A stretch of DNA of 60,515 nt, filler included, from Sphacelaria rigidula (GCA_964200075.2; 10 parts of 10 records of this genome joined end to end with filler, not necessarily neighbours in it), one strand, 5' to 3'; positions 36,538 to 50,214 are shown, counted from the first letter of the whole stretch. Notes: generated from the letters alone by a model not told the origin. A program made the numbers and translations.

Positions 36538-36742
36538 ATTAAATGCTGAGCTGTTATTAATATTACCCGGTTTCCGAGAAACTCTCACGCTGATGTACTG
36601 TGACGCTCCGTTGCTATCTCACTGTTGGACGGCACTTTGAACTTTCTGAGGTCTATATGAGACTCGTGAGAAAATATAATCGAAGCCCCCTTAGCAAGAT
36701 CTTGCACAGGGGAGAACAGATGCTTCCCCAAACCTGGGATAG

Positions 36743-37048
36743 TTACGGCTGGAGCCGTACAGAACGTTGGTACCCCTCATAGTCAATGACCACGGTGGTC
36801 AGAACTCCTTTTGCTGTACCATGTAGTAGATGGTGCCCCGCTGTTGAAATAGTCATCGGTGGATCGAGTTTGACCAGCTCGACCATTTCACGTTCGATAT
36901 CGGGTAGCAACTGATCATCCCAAAAGTGTCCAGTGCTGCCGCTATCCACTGTCAACTGATAAGAAATTTGATCGCATGTATCAGTGACATATGGACCAGA
37001 GAGAAAAGAAAATCCCATACCGTTTGGTGGTGATGATGTATCTATCAC
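36743..37048 (-). pseudogene. Ty1/Copia aspartic protease fragment
   Basis: LTVDSGSTGHF...ISTAGHHLLHGTAKG, located downstream of gag. Confidence 0.8.
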
Positions 37049-37384
37049 TGTCGCAGCTGTTGATGAAGAAGTTCGTAAGCCGTTGTTGTTCGGTGGTGCG
37101 GTTGTAGAAGCTGGATCGGCGACGGCTGTGTTGGCTTGGCGTTGATGTCCGTTGGAGTTGTTGCTGCCGTTGTTGCTGGTGTGGTTGTTCCTACTGTAGT
37201 TGTTGCTGCTGTTGTCACAGTTGTTATTTCGATGGCGGGAATTCCTACGATGATGATGGTTATTGTTGTTGTTTCCAGCGTTGATGGCTGCATTCCCGCG
37301 GTTCTGTTGAGATCTACAATCAGAATCGTCATGCTTGTCAGTATGATGGAAACTGCACCATTTTACGGGCTTGTTCCTATTTTT

Positions 37385-38392
37385 TTACTGCACTTGGGTG
37401 CGACAGTCTCTGGCCTGATGTCCTGGTTTCCCGCAGGTGTAGCAATTTCCACGAAATTTCTGGGGTTGATTCAAAGATTTCGACAGTGATGTCACCAGCA
37501 GTGATGAGTCGCGGCCATGCGATTTCCCGGAGGTATATCTCCGCGCCACGCGATTAGCATACATATTTCGCATTGTTGTTTCGATGCTCTGAATACTGAG
37601 ATCTGGATCACGCTCCGCATTGTACTTGATGAGGTCATACTCGCTTGTCAAACCTTCGATCATTATGTCGGCCAGCCTTTCTTCGGAAATGGCCTCGCCA
37701 ACGTTGTCCAGTTCGTCCCGAAGCTGATACACTTTGCTCAAGAAAGTATCAGGGTCTTGCCCTGGTGACATAGTGACGCTGTTCAGTTCTCTCATCAAGA
37801 TCCTGGTTCTCTGCTTCGAAGAATTTTGATACTTGGAAATCAAAGCCCCCCATGCACGTTTGCCGTTTGGTTTCTCTGAACCCTTCGGCTGGAAACGCAA
37901 CAAATAACTCGCTGCAGGACCAGTGGTAGACAGATACAAGACGTGGAACAATTGTTGATTGCATCGGTCCCAACGTTCTACCTCACGCGTGTTAGAAAAA
38001 TCCGCCTTACATGTGACACCAAGCTTGGAGAACGAGATTCTCGTGATGATTATCTTCTTCGCTACGTCCAGTCCCATCCACCGCTGCGATCGTCTCGTCC
38101 CTCGTGGTTGCCTCCGCCGATGAGAAGTGCGGTCGAACGGACGACTGCTGGCGGGTGGTTTGAGAACGAGTTCTAGCAGGGGTAGGTCTTGTGGCAGCTG
38201 GTTGTGGAAGATCTACCTAAGAAAATCTTCTTCTAATTCCGCGTGGCGATCGACCCCGTTAAGGATATCCGCAATCCCCGGATGAGTTAAAGAAATGATA
38301 GCGCGCGTGCAGCGCATCCACTCGACGAACATTGTACCGTCGAACTTGTTGATGCCCTTGAAGAGCTGAGTTACAGATGGCTCTCCCGACAT
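37385..38392 (-). pseudogene. Ty1/Copia gag (interrupted)
   Basis: N-terminal KFDGTMFVEW; UBN2-like AWGALISKY...IMIEGLTSEYD; CCHC knuckle CYTCGKPGHQARDC. Confidence 0.88.
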
Positions 38393-38627
38393 ATTCATCT
38401 GCCTCACGTTACTAATAAAAATATTCTCTTCACACCTGCAGATCTTTTGGAAAGATCAGGGTTCTTGGACTCTTGATTGTCGCTGCTGTGACGACCTTGA
38501 CATGATACCTCCTCGCTCGTGCTGACCGATGTAGTCTTGACTCGAAGGCTGATGACCTGAAGACCTAGGTGGTGGCGAATCGAAGGCACCTGTTGGCCTG
38601 TGTGGTCGCGAACCGAGGCTGATAACC

Positions 38628-39307
38628 TGTTGGAAATTATTTGCTGGCACGGCACTGTCTCACTGGACAGTTAAGCAGAGGCTTGCACTGTAGCGGTAAA
38701 GCTACTTGCGAGGAGCAGTGTAGTAAAAACAAGATAGTGTAGTTCGGCACTTCTGGCCTAAAATATCAAACAGCCTCTTTTGCAAGAAAGCTGTGGAAGC
38801 AAAACTGGGTTGCTGGGGAGAGTGAGAAGCGATGGGCGAGCGAGAGCGAGCCTCAATACTTTCCACTCCCTGGAAAAAAACCAATGATGTACGCAAACGA
38901 AAATATCTTGAAATTTACCCTAATTTACCATGGAAAAGGTACAGTGAAATGACACATACGTGGTTGACAGTTTCACCTGAACCGTAACAAACAAAATTCA
39001 GTCGTGCCGCTTATGCAGTACAGTAACTTGCAGCGGCGATTTCAATCACACACAAAGAACTTAGAATGTCCTGTCTAAATTTGCAACACTCCCGCGTGAT
39101 TGACATGTCGCTATCAAAGAAAAATAATGTACCTTACATGCTATGTGTAGCAAGCGAATACAATCAGTCGAACTATGTAGTACTGACAGTACACAAAGTC
39201 AATCGTCGAGATACGCACTCGTACTGTTGTACAACTCATGTGTCTACACTGTATCTCAAGACGATTTAACCAACACCAATTGAGAAAAGAAGCTAGTCAC
39301 TGTTACA
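38628..39307 (-). repeat. Candidate Copia LTR
   Basis: On the minus strand TGT...CAACA, preceded by purine-rich GAGCGGAGA and followed by GGTTATCAGCC (Copia-type PBS-like); no second copy in the contig to confirm it. Confidence 0.4.
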
Positions 39308-39853
39308 AATCTCCGCTCACATGCGCATGTATTTGCATGTGCATCAGAATTCCGTGAGCTACAAAAGAAGTGAGCAAACAAACCCAATTGGGCGGTAACA
39401 TCAAACCGCGAAATCTTTCATCATGTGACGATATAGCAATCAACGATAACTTACAGATGCCAAATATGTTTCCCGACTCTCTCCTCCTGTCCCCCGAGAA
39501 AAAAAAACACCCTTCCCAAAAAGGGAGAAAAAAAGGGCAAGGTAGGCAAAGACGGAAATAATATCGCAAACCTAGGGGTCGTTGCACGCATCGTTCCTAC
39601 CGCGTGTTTTCTGAGCCTCGTATCATAAATGCAGGGATCTACATGCTGCGGTTTCAGCATGTTCCTCTGGACCTTAAAAAAATGCATTCGAAAAAAACAA
39701 AACAATCAAAACAGATTCACCTAACGCAGGTAATTTTGCTGCGCGTTCTATATATGTACGAGTATACAAGCATCTTACACCTACTTGTGTTTTTTTACTC
39801 AATCACAATTCTTTACAGAAAAAATAAAAAAATCAAGTTCCTCAAACTCCGGT

Positions 39854-40051
39854 GACGATGATGATTGAAGTTGGGCGTTGACGATGATGATCGAAGTTGA
39901 GCGTTGACGATGATGATCGGAGTTGGGTGTTGACGATGATGATCGAAGTTGAGCGTTGACGATGATGATCGAAGTTGAACGTGGACGATGATAATCGAGG
40001 TTGAGCGTTGACAAAGATGATCGAAGTTGAGCGTTGACGATGATGCTGAAG
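39854..40051. repeat. 26-bp minisatellite (~7.5 units) in the Copia 3' UTR
   Basis: Unit GACGATGATGATCGAAGTTGAGCGTT repeated in tandem. Confidence 0.9.
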
Positions 40052-40078
40052 ATCAATATCCTGCCATATCAATATCCG

Positions 40079-42080
40079 TTATCTCCCAAATTCGGTTATA
40101 GCCTTCAGCAGTCTCTGATGTACGGTTCTATCACAACTTTTGGTGAGAAGATCCGCTAATTGTTCTGAAGATCGTACGTAGTTTATCCTAGGTTGTCCGG
40201 CCCGAATCATGTCTTTTAAAATTAAAGAATCGTATCGCCATATGTTCCGAGCTGGTGCTGAAGTTGGTGTTTGAAGACAGATGAAGTGCGCCTTGTGAAT
40301 CCGAGTAGATAGTCGCGGGCAAAATAGATGACCATCCAAGCTCTCGTATCAGATTCAAGAGATACGTTCCGAATTCGCCGCATTTCGCAAGGGCAATCGA
40401 CTCGGCTTCTGTCGTTGAAGCGGTTCTTGTACGTTGTAAGCTCGAAGTGAAATGAACTAGCCCGTGAGACAGAAAAAATAACGTCCCCGTTGTTGATCGC
40501 ATTTTTCCCTGAAGTCCGATATTACCATAGCTTGTGGTTCTCCTGTCGTTGGGTCGAACGTCTCGAAGCCAGGCGGTTGTCTCCGGAATAATGTTACCTG
40601 TAGCTTGCCGTTCAAGAAAGCAGTGTGTACGTCGAGGGCTGAAATAGGCCATTTGTTTCGCAGTAGCAATTTCCAGTAACAATCGCTGACTTTCCAACCT
40701 GCAAAATGGAGCAACCTGTTCAACTCCGGCAGTGCCTATTATGTACTGACATACCATTTCCAGTGTTGCAGCATGTTGACTCCCAGAAGACATAAAAGCT
40801 AGTCGCTTTGGCTCACTGGCTTGCCGTTTGTTAACGGGTCCAGGAGGATGATGATTGGGACCACCGGCTGAACGCAACCTCCTTTGGGCGATAGGCGATC
40901 CTGTAGTCGGTGAATTGTCCTCCGTGGTGCTGTCCTCTACCTGAGCTATACCATCGTAAATATTTATGTTGAAGTTGTTGTTGTCGTCGCGTTGTTCCTG
41001 ATCAACTGCGGATACGTCGGGTTCCTGGATATCCAAAGTCGAAAAATCTTCATCGCTGCAGGGACCTCCTGTTACTTGTTCGATGGAAGTGACGTTTCTG
41101 GAGGTGGATATGTTTCCCGAGTAGCGGTTGTAAATGCGGTACGATGGACTATCGGAAACATACCCTCCTAGCACTCTTTCCCACGCCTTTTTTTCTAGCT
41201 TAATGTGGTGACGCTCCCTGTGCACAAACACCCTCGAGCCGACTGTCCGCGAGGATGATAGCTTCGATTGCTTGAGAAACATCCGAAAATATGGTGTATC
41301 GCCGCCGATGGTCGTGTGCGGTAGGCGATTGATAAAAAAAAAACGCAGATGCAGCAATTTCTCTTCAAAGAAATTTCGGCAAATTCGATTCGTTCAGGAG
41401 ACAACGTGTAACGTTCAAGATACTCCGCCCGTCTCTTTCACTGATGCCATTCTGCTGAGGAGTATATGGACTGGTGAACTCTTGACGGGTACCCATAGTC
41501 TTGCAGTACTTCTTAAAATAGTCCGCGATGTATTCACCCCCACGGTCTGACCGCAGACGGTGTACACGGAGTCCTAAAGGAATAGACAAATCTTGGATGA
41601 ACCTGCAGAGCGTAGTTAGGGTCTCATCCTTTGTTTTGATGAAGTAGACTACCTTGAAACGCGAGAAGTGATCCGTGAATTTTGCCATGTAGCGGTAGCC
41701 GCCCTGCGCCATGGGCGTAATCGGCCCTGTTAGGTCAGTGCTGACCAATCGCAGTCGTTCCGAAATGTTCGTGGAGTCTACCGTCTTTGGGTGGTCCTAC
41801 CGTACACTTTTATTGAGCTTGCACGTTACACAAGGTGACAGTGACCCCTCAAAGATCACACCTGATTCAGGAGTATTCAGAAGACGGCGCATGACCTGCT
41901 CCGTGGGATGTCAAAGTTGCCTATGCTAGATGTCTGCTCCTGTCGTGGTAGTCAAAGCTGTCGGTTCTGCTCCCGCTGTGGCAGACATGGCTGCTAAAAT
42001 TCCCGGCATGTCGTGGTGAATGGCTTCTGCAACAATGGCTGACCCGATGCCCATAGATTCTCCTGACATGATTGTAGCTG
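40079..42080 (-). pseudogene. Ty1/Copia integrase - RT (largely deleted) - RNase H fragments
   Basis: HHCC with stops; STDLTGP, RSDRGGEY, PQQNGISER; ALDVHTAFLNG; STTEAE, YSDSQGA, QLADLLTK. Confidence 0.92.
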
Positions 42081-42089
42081 TAAATAAGA

Positions 42090-42327
42090 GCCGATCCTAA
42101 TTTTTGACGTTGAAACAAAAAATGAGGTTGAAGTCCCATTTCATCATTGCAGGGAAGATACGAAAGAGTAAGACAGAGCGAAAGTATCTTCCTTCCCAAA
42201 CCTCCGCAGCAGGAGTTACCCGTTAGACCGCGAGAGTAGGTCACCTGCTGAATCGGCACCAATACTCACTTGAAAAAAGTACACGCGTGGTCCAGATGGA
42301 CTACGGGCACCGCGGTCCAAGGGTTAA
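42090..42327. repeat. Composite repeat ending in a piggyBac-like GGG-TTAA terminus
   Basis: MITE-like part about 42219-42323 followed by TTAA; extension shared with 36372-36537 and 1-72. Confidence 0.8.
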
Positions 42328-42332
42328 GCAAC

Positions 42333-42432
42333 NNNNNNNNNNNNNNNNNNNNNNNNNNNNNNNNNNNNNNNNNNNNTTAATTAATTAANNNNNNNNNNNN
42401 NNNNNNNNNNNNNNNNNNNNNNNNNNNNNNNN
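42333..42432. other. Artificial contig spacer
   Basis: 44 N + TTAATTAATTAA + 44 N. Confidence 0.99.
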
Positions 42433-45400
42433 ACAGAGTCGGTAAAATGCGCTGAAAAAGTATCCACGCGATCGAGGGGCATTAGGCTGACAAAAACGTC
42501 ATTGGGCACTATCGCTGAAAGTGTGGGGAAAGTACTGTTTTGGGCTCGAACCTCATTTCATTGATGAACCTCATTTTATCGAATTCGTTTGATACATGTA
42601 TATATATATATACTGGTCAGAACATATGGTGGCAGAAGAGGCGACCCGGTGTATATGCCGTCTGATACCTATCTGGCCACTGGTACGGGGCCGTCCATCC
42701 CCTTCACAACATGTAATATATATCCGGTAAACATCACGAAGAAAGAAAAAGCGGGTCGGTATGCGTCTTTTGGTGCCCCTGTGGTCACCGGTTCTGTGTT
42801 CCTTATCAGTGTTGCGCCGAAAGAAAAAATAAATCTTGGTTCGGAACAGAATCCGACATATTTTCGCCCCGATACGCACGCACCCACAACGCAACCCTAG
42901 GTTTAGCAACATGATGTTGTTGCCTGTAGTCTACATAACACGAAGTTTCAGCGCCTAAAAGTACTGACAGGGCGTGTACGGTCGTGCCTCATGAATTGAG
43001 GACCTCTACAGACAATACCAGAATTTGTACCGCACAGAATGTCATCATCCACACCGGGTGCCGGCACAGATTGATGCTTGTTTCACGGCGCAGAAGCTGC
43101 ACAGTAGGTCATAACGTGGGAGTGAACGCATCCGCGTGTCGGAACATGCATCCAGCGATGTGTCGCGCAGTCTGGGCTGCAGAGACGCCGTTTTGAGGGC
43201 GTATGGGCGGTATGACCCACAATCCGTGTTCGTTCTGTTCACCATGTGCACTACCCATCATGTGCCGCCGAACAGCGTATATGCTGTCTTTGTTGTGCTG
43301 TGTCTACGTGCCAAGTTTGAAGCCGGGTGGTGGGGATACGGTGAAGGACTCCACGAACAAAGTAATGCTTGAAAAGTGGAAAATTCGGTACTGAACGCTC
43401 GAAAAGATACATGAGGTGTGATTACGCCGCATATCACAGGTTCGGTGAGTTACCGCCGTCCTATTTCCACCCCTTCGGCCACCCGCCCAGTATGATAGCA
43501 ACAACTGCGGGGTCTGCGAACGCGTCGGGTGCAGGATGCGATGGAAAACATTCCGGTTGTTTCTCGTACTGATGGCGTGTACAGCGACAAGCATTGGGCT
43601 GAGACATCGCGCAGATGTGATACCGCACCCCAGTGTAGGTGTGTCACCACAACAAATATTCTGTCGATGCCGTGACAACGGTCAGGTGCAACAAACGCCT
43701 CTTTTTCGTGTTTCTTTGTTGCATCACAGTAAATATATCTGTTTGACCACTTATCGCGTGCAAGAATGTGTCTCGATAGAAATCGCCGGTTTGCCCTCTC
43801 ATGAGTAATTATTTCGCAGATGAGGTTTCGACGGAGGTTGACACGTCGGAACGATCGTATGTCTTCGCTGATCCCGTTCCGCAGTGATTTTGCGTTCCAG
43901 GGTTTTGTCACGGCTCTACTCGCGCCCGAAATTTTTATCTCAATCACAAGCGGCCGACTGAATGAAATGCATCTCAGCAACAAGCGGCCAACTGAATAAA
44001 ATGCAGGAAGCACAAGGAAAATACGAACTTGTTTTCATAACAAAACATCGACTTTTCTTCCAACAAATAACAACGAACTTGTTTTCAACAACTGTATATT
44101 TTGTTTTTGCAATCGAAACTTCGGCCGCGAACGAAAGTTTCACGTCCACGAAACGCGAACGTGCTCGGGTCTGCACTTTTCTTGGCACGCGACCGCCCCT
44201 GTTATGGATAGTGCGGGTTCGGTCACAACACTTTGTTGTGGAGATTATCAAGGTCCTTTACAATGGTGTCGACGAATAAAGCTTGTTATTCCGAGGTGCC
44301 AGCATCCGCCCAACCCTGCAGTCGGCTGGAAATCGACAGCGAAATGCCAACAGCGAATCACACAAATCTTTCACTCATCATAAATGACGTTGGCGGCAAG
44401 ACCTGACGGTAGCACTTTCGGCGCAGTTTTTGTGAAGAACAAAATACAGCATTTCTCGGATATTGCAGTTCCGCAATAAGTGAAGCACGAAAACAGACTA
44501 ACGCCGGCTAAAAACAGTAATGGCGTAATTGTTTCCGGATGATACCAGCCCCCTTGTGGGCAGGGTCTTGACCGCATACTTCGCCGAAAATCACACCGAA
44601 GATGAAATGAAGCCCATAAAATCCCATGATGTGACATTGCGGAAGGTCACGCGAACGATACGTTTTTTTGGTGAGGAGAATGCATGACTCTCGCAATCTA
44701 GCGCCGGGTTTTTTGCTATTTCCAGGGAGTAACATATAGGAGGAGCCCGCACAAGTGACCGTGTCCATTTCAAAACGCACCATCTCCGCAGGAAGAACAA
44801 TTCATTTCAATACTCTCAACACCCTGATGGTATGGGCACTGTATCCTTCGCCGCGGCGGGAAGTTCAGGCCGCAAAACCGTTCGATTGAATGCCGAGCGC
44901 ACACATCAAAACGCAAGACGCGCCGGCGTCCATCGATAACCAACAAATCGTATGACCTTGTATGGCGAAAAAGGCCGTCACGACGTCGCGACCGTTGACC
45001 CCTCCACTGCCGCCGCGGCGGGCACATCTAAGATGTCGAGCCCATAATGTGAACGACAACCGATCCTTCCATGAGCCCACATTACATCCCGCAGTGTACA
45101 TGGTCTCCGTCCACCCGCGATATAACCCGTGGTAGTCTCACAATCTGGTTTCGCCGCTTTCCGTGCACCTGAGGCAAAATGTAGCGCACAGGCGAATGAA
45201 TAGACGCAGAGAGGGTCAGCGAGTCACAGTCGTGTTCCTTTCGAGCATAACGGAGAGGGCGGGGGGGCGTTCCTCAAGTTAGCACCGGAAATGTGGCGGC
45301 GTCGCCGCGCAGCATGACTGATCGACATCAATCGGCGGTTGCATGCTCGCGCAACTCCCACGAGGCATGCTTTCCCAAAATTCACTAATCGACAGCCACA

Positions 45401-45675
45401 TTCCAATATCATTTACGGCAGCCACATTGTGCTCCCCTCATGTGACAAACTCACAGATTGAAACATTTGACAGATTGCAACAACTCAAGTACTACAACCC
45501 ACCGCAGCCTCATCCATCTAACATAATATCAAACAGAAGAAGAAATCTCCGGGATTGCGGGCGATGCACGGGCCCGCGTATCATTATAAAGGAGGGGGGA
45601 CAGAGGCGCATGACTATCGGCGCGAACCTCCTTCGCCGAAGCTCTTCGTATCATGCCTGTGCGTTGACCACTCTC

Positions 45676-48274
45676 TCACACATCGTTCATCCGGCCCAAA
45701 TACCATTCCAGTATGTCCTCGGCCGTGTCTCCGTGCGAACCACAAGATTCCTCCGATGGTGTGCTGCTGCGGCACTCGCAGTCGTCATCCGAGCTCATCT
45801 CTGCTTCGTCGCTGCTATCACCCCCCGTATCCACCTCATTCGCCATCACCAACTGCAACCCTTTGCCGACCGGTACGCTTTGCGCGTCGACAGCAGGATT
45901 GCACCGCCCCCTGCACCTACACAGTATGGGATGGCAATTCTTCCCAAGCTTCGCGCATTTGCAGTTGCCGTTGCACTGGTGTTTCTCCACCGCCGATGGG
46001 TTACACCCGCACAGAAGACGATTGATCCTCCCCGTGGGGTCGATACGTGCATGTTCCGATAAGTTGACAACAACGTTGGCCTTGGTCAGAGGTGTTTGTG
46101 CGTCTTCAGACGTGGTACTCCAACCGCGATTGTTGAACTCCACGTCCGCCATGGACTCCTCCATGCCCGCCATCCAATATTCCAATACGGCTCCAGCTCG
46201 CTGCGCTTGGAAGCGAAGCGCATCCGGGGGCGGCACAAGGTCTGTTGGCCTCCTGCCGCCCAATTTCCACCTCAAAAATCTCACCCAATTAACGAAGAGC
46301 GTCACTTTCCCCCCCGCCAGTTCGCGGAGGATGTACTCCACGCTGGTGCCGGTCGTAGAGAATACCGATTCCTACTTATAGAAGAAAGTGACCCCCAGAA
46401 ACTTCACCACTTCCTCCTCGTCTACAGACACCACCCGGCCCTCGACCGTCACCAGGAGCCTCGAGAGAAGACCCGACACGCGCAGGCCTTTCAGGAGCGC
46501 CTTCCAATATAGAGAGGAAAGGTAGCCCGTGGAAACAAGGTAGGAGATCAGAGCCGCTCAGAAGTACACCAGCACGAAGAGGGCGATCCTCGTGTGGGGG
46601 AAGTTGTCCACCCACGCCGCGGTCCCTTCCCACGCACCGTAAGGGCCGTCTTGGAGTCCAGTGATCGCTTCGTACACGCGGTTCACGTTCACGTATTCGG
46701 GACCTTTCGACAAACGGCGCCGTACGGTTACCTCGGTGCTGTCCGGGCCCGTGGAAGCTATCTTCTTCGTCGCCATAGCCAGCAACACGATCATGATTTC
46801 ATCCGTGTCGACAGAAGTAAGTGTCCACGTCGTCATCGGCTTTGCCGTCAGGATGCGCGTATTTGGCGTGATTGATCATGTAGTGCACTGCAGCGAGTTC
46901 CCCCTCGCCAATCTGCGGTCCGAGTGCATGATTGATAGACCCTGGGTCACCTGCACCGGGACGCCAGTGAAGCAGGCTTGTAGACGCCCCGCTTCGGCCA
47001 CCGGCGGCCCCTGCCGCCACAGCTGGATTATCTTCTCCACCGCCGCCAGCGGCGTTGAGCGCGCCACCCGCTCGTCCACGGTGCCTCGACGCAGGGCTGG
47101 CATGCTGAAGCGGAACAGCGAGGGAATTCATCGCTGCTCCTCCAGCCAGGTTCACAGTCTGCAGCAAGCCCCCGCAGACGCCGAGGGGCAGATGACTCAG
47201 CAAAGCCGGCGGCGGTGGTGACGAAACCCCGCCGCCAGGTGCAGCGCTCGCCTCGAAACCCACCGCCTGTACGTTGCTTCCTGCATGCCACACATACGGT
47301 GGGGGCTGATTCACCGACACTGGCGCCAGTGCCGGGCGGTGGTGCGCATATGGTGCTGTCCATCCCACTGGCGCACTCGGTGCTACCGCCGGCACCGCGG
47401 TTGTGCCGTGTGGGACGGCACCCGGTGGCGCCACGCCCCGGCAGGCGATGTGCATGCCAGCATTCGCGAGAGGCCGTCGCAAGGTTAACCTTATCTGGCC
47501 ACGTTCAGTCTCCGGCAGAGTAATGTTCTCACCCCCATATCCCGATGCTGAAGTTGCATGCGGCTTCATCACTGCCGGCTCCGCCGGCTGCCGATCTCGG
47601 CTGTCCACAATTGCAGCGGCCGACCGGTCCATAACGACGTCGACGCCGTGAAATACCACTGCCTTTCCTGTTTGGCGCTGTAGTTCCGCATGACCTAGAG
47701 TGCGCTCACAAATCGCCTGAGCCATAGCGTCTCGGTTCCCGGGTACACGCAAGTATGCCTGATATTCTGAACCGCCAGGTAGTCGATCAGTTCGGCTCAA
47801 CTCGAAAACCCGGTCGCACTTGGTCCTCTTCGCTTACCGGTCTGCTTGATCGTGTGCCTTGATCGGCGGCACGAGATCAGCCCGGTCATAACAAACGATC
47901 ACCAGCCTCGTCCTGCCTACGCACTTCGCCATGATGTTCACGCGATGATACTCCACCACAGCCGCGTCGCCTCCGGCAAGAACGGCGAGTGGCGGACTCT
48001 TATGGATTTCCCAAGGAAGATCGATGGCGTGTCCTTCCGTCCAATAGAATTCCTCCTCTCTTATCGCATCTGGGCACGTGGTCGACATGAAGTTCTTCGG
48101 GCCCTGTGACTTGTTTGCATGGCGCGCACCTGAACAACAGTGCGGCAAGAGGGTGTATAACGTCGGCATTTTTGTCTGCGAAGGGCTCCAGACAGGGTTG
48201 ATGATATTCTGCGGGAGAGGGTTCAGCCTGACAGCGAATGAGAGCGTGCGTCGGCACCTCCGGCGAGTACCCAC
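45676..48274 (-). pseudogene. Degenerate AcademX-like DNA transposon ORF (XPG/PIN-like nuclease region + C-terminal Cys-rich finger)
   Basis: Ordered motifs HAID; VCYDR...IK; GEGE; SVDTDE; SGSDLLPCF; PPPDALRFQAQRA...W...GW; CGC...CNGNCKC...C...CRC...C. One in-frame stop and several frameshifts. Confidence 0.65.
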
Positions 48275-48393
48275 ATCAAGTTACTCCGCTGGCCCACATA
48301 GGACGCAGAAACAACGTGGGAGGGGGGGGGGGGGGGGGCGCCCCCGGGCAAACATATCCTGGGACGGGGGGGTTTGGGGGCCAAACCAACCAA

Positions 48394-48493
48394 NNNNNNN
48401 NNNNNNNNNNNNNNNNNNNNNNNNNNNNNNNNNNNNNTTAATTAATTAANNNNNNNNNNNNNNNNNNNNNNNNNNNNNNNNNNNNNNNNNNNN
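48394..48493. other. Artificial contig spacer
   Basis: 44 N + TTAATTAATTAA + 44 N. Confidence 0.99.
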
Positions 48494-49766
48494 TCGAAAG
48501 GGATGCGTGGTCAAGGGTCAAATGCCTAAGGCGAGCAAAAAATGGGTACCCCCCCCCCCCCCCCCTCGTGTCATTGTCTATCCCATCCCCGGGGTAATAG
48601 TCATACTCCAACTCGAGGTGGCACCTATCCCGGTGCCCTCTCGAGGCACTTCTGATCTCGACCCTGGAGTCTCCCTCCACACAAGAATGAACTGTCTAGG
48701 CACGTCCCACGGCCAAGTCCGTGGCTCCCGAGACTACCACTCCCACACCTAGGGGTAGTAGCCTTGTTGGCGTCGACGGTGGGACTCAAGACCTGGTTTC
48801 TGAAACCAGCTCTGTCTGTATTCTTGAAAATAATTTCAAAGACTTCGTTTCTAAAAACAGCTATATCTGCAGTATTCAAAATGATATCAAAGACCTGGCT
48901 TGTAAGACCAGTTCTTTGCATTCTTCATAGTAAACCATAAAAACTGGGTTCTGAAACCAGCCATCATTTCGATGCCCTGTACGGTGATTTCTTCATGACA
49001 GTTTTTTTTTCTTTATCTTTTGGGGGCAGGGCATTCGCGGCATCACGCCGGAGGTGTTTCTCGGAAAGTCTCGGGAACGCGTGAGCTGGTGAAAATGCGT
49101 GAGGATAATTGTGCATATCGTTTATCAGTTTGACACCAAGTCGAGAACCGTGAACCTTCTCGTCTTACCCTGCTTCTAGCCTGGTGCCAGCTGTGGAGGA
49201 TTCGGAATGGGTAGAACAGTACAGGAGCACAGTATAGTACAATGCGCGATGTAAGATACGAAATAACCTACATTCATCGCGAAGATATGCTGTTTTTTTT
49301 GTTGATACGGGCCGCCATGACCGTAGCTCCACGATGTGAGCAGTCGCCCGTGAACACAGCGGTGTGATGCGTACCGTCGGAAGTTTTCGCTGCAGGGACA
49401 AGCAGGCAAATACTACAAGTATTACCACCTACTCTGCCTTTGAGCGGAAAGCTGAAGCCCGCATTCATCCGAGGATAAGAGGGCTCTGATCTTCGCTGAT
49501 GCGGGGAAGAGTATGCCCGTTGGATGGGTGTAAGAGATGATATTCTCCTTAGGAAGTGTTCAAGTATACTGGGAGACAGAGCTTCACTAGGGTGTTTTTG
49601 TCATGTTGTTGTATTTGCATTGATTCTGTTTCGGATTCGTTTCGTGCGTCCAGCGCAGTGATGCGTCAGGGTGATGCTGCATCTCCCGTCACCCTGAAAG
49701 GTGGCTGCCGATATTGAAGTTGAATGAGACGCTCTGTTGCGCTTGGGGGGAAAGCGGTAATGTTTC

Positions 49767-50046
49767 CACACGTCGGAGAACTCAAGTCAGGTTAACTCGA
49801 GTTAGCTCTTTCACTCATGACTCACCTGTGAGCTATGGTAACATAACCCAGAGGTACATACTCTGGCCGGGTGAGTTATACAACATAACTCAGCCGTGCA
49901 TATTGGCGCATACCCTAGTCGGGTGAGTTATACCACATAACGCATCGGTGCAAAATCTGGCCCGGTTAGTTATAGAATATAACTCAGCGGTTAGAAAGAG
50001 AGAGGCGTGGAATTGACTTTTGTGGTCTGAGTTATGAGATAACTCA
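49767..50046. repeat. Element with ~42-bp palindromic tandem units, copy 1
   Basis: CACACGTCGGAGAACTCA...GTTAACTCGAG head, then GGGTGAGTTATACAACATAACTCAGC..TGCATATT units. Confidence 0.8.
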
Positions 50047-50214
50047 AAAGATGAACATGCATCCCTCACTTTGTCTTCCGATACTCACACATGTTGACCC
50101 TTGATCACACTCACACGCACACACACACGCGTTCGATGCAGTATCGCCCTCCCTGACAAGAAACCAGAAAACGGGTTCAGCCTGATGTTCATCTTTTATG
50201 CGAGCGGGCTTGAT

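Noticed and set aside
39854..40051. CRISPR array
   Set aside because: Contiguous 26-bp tandem units with no spacers, inside a Copia element.
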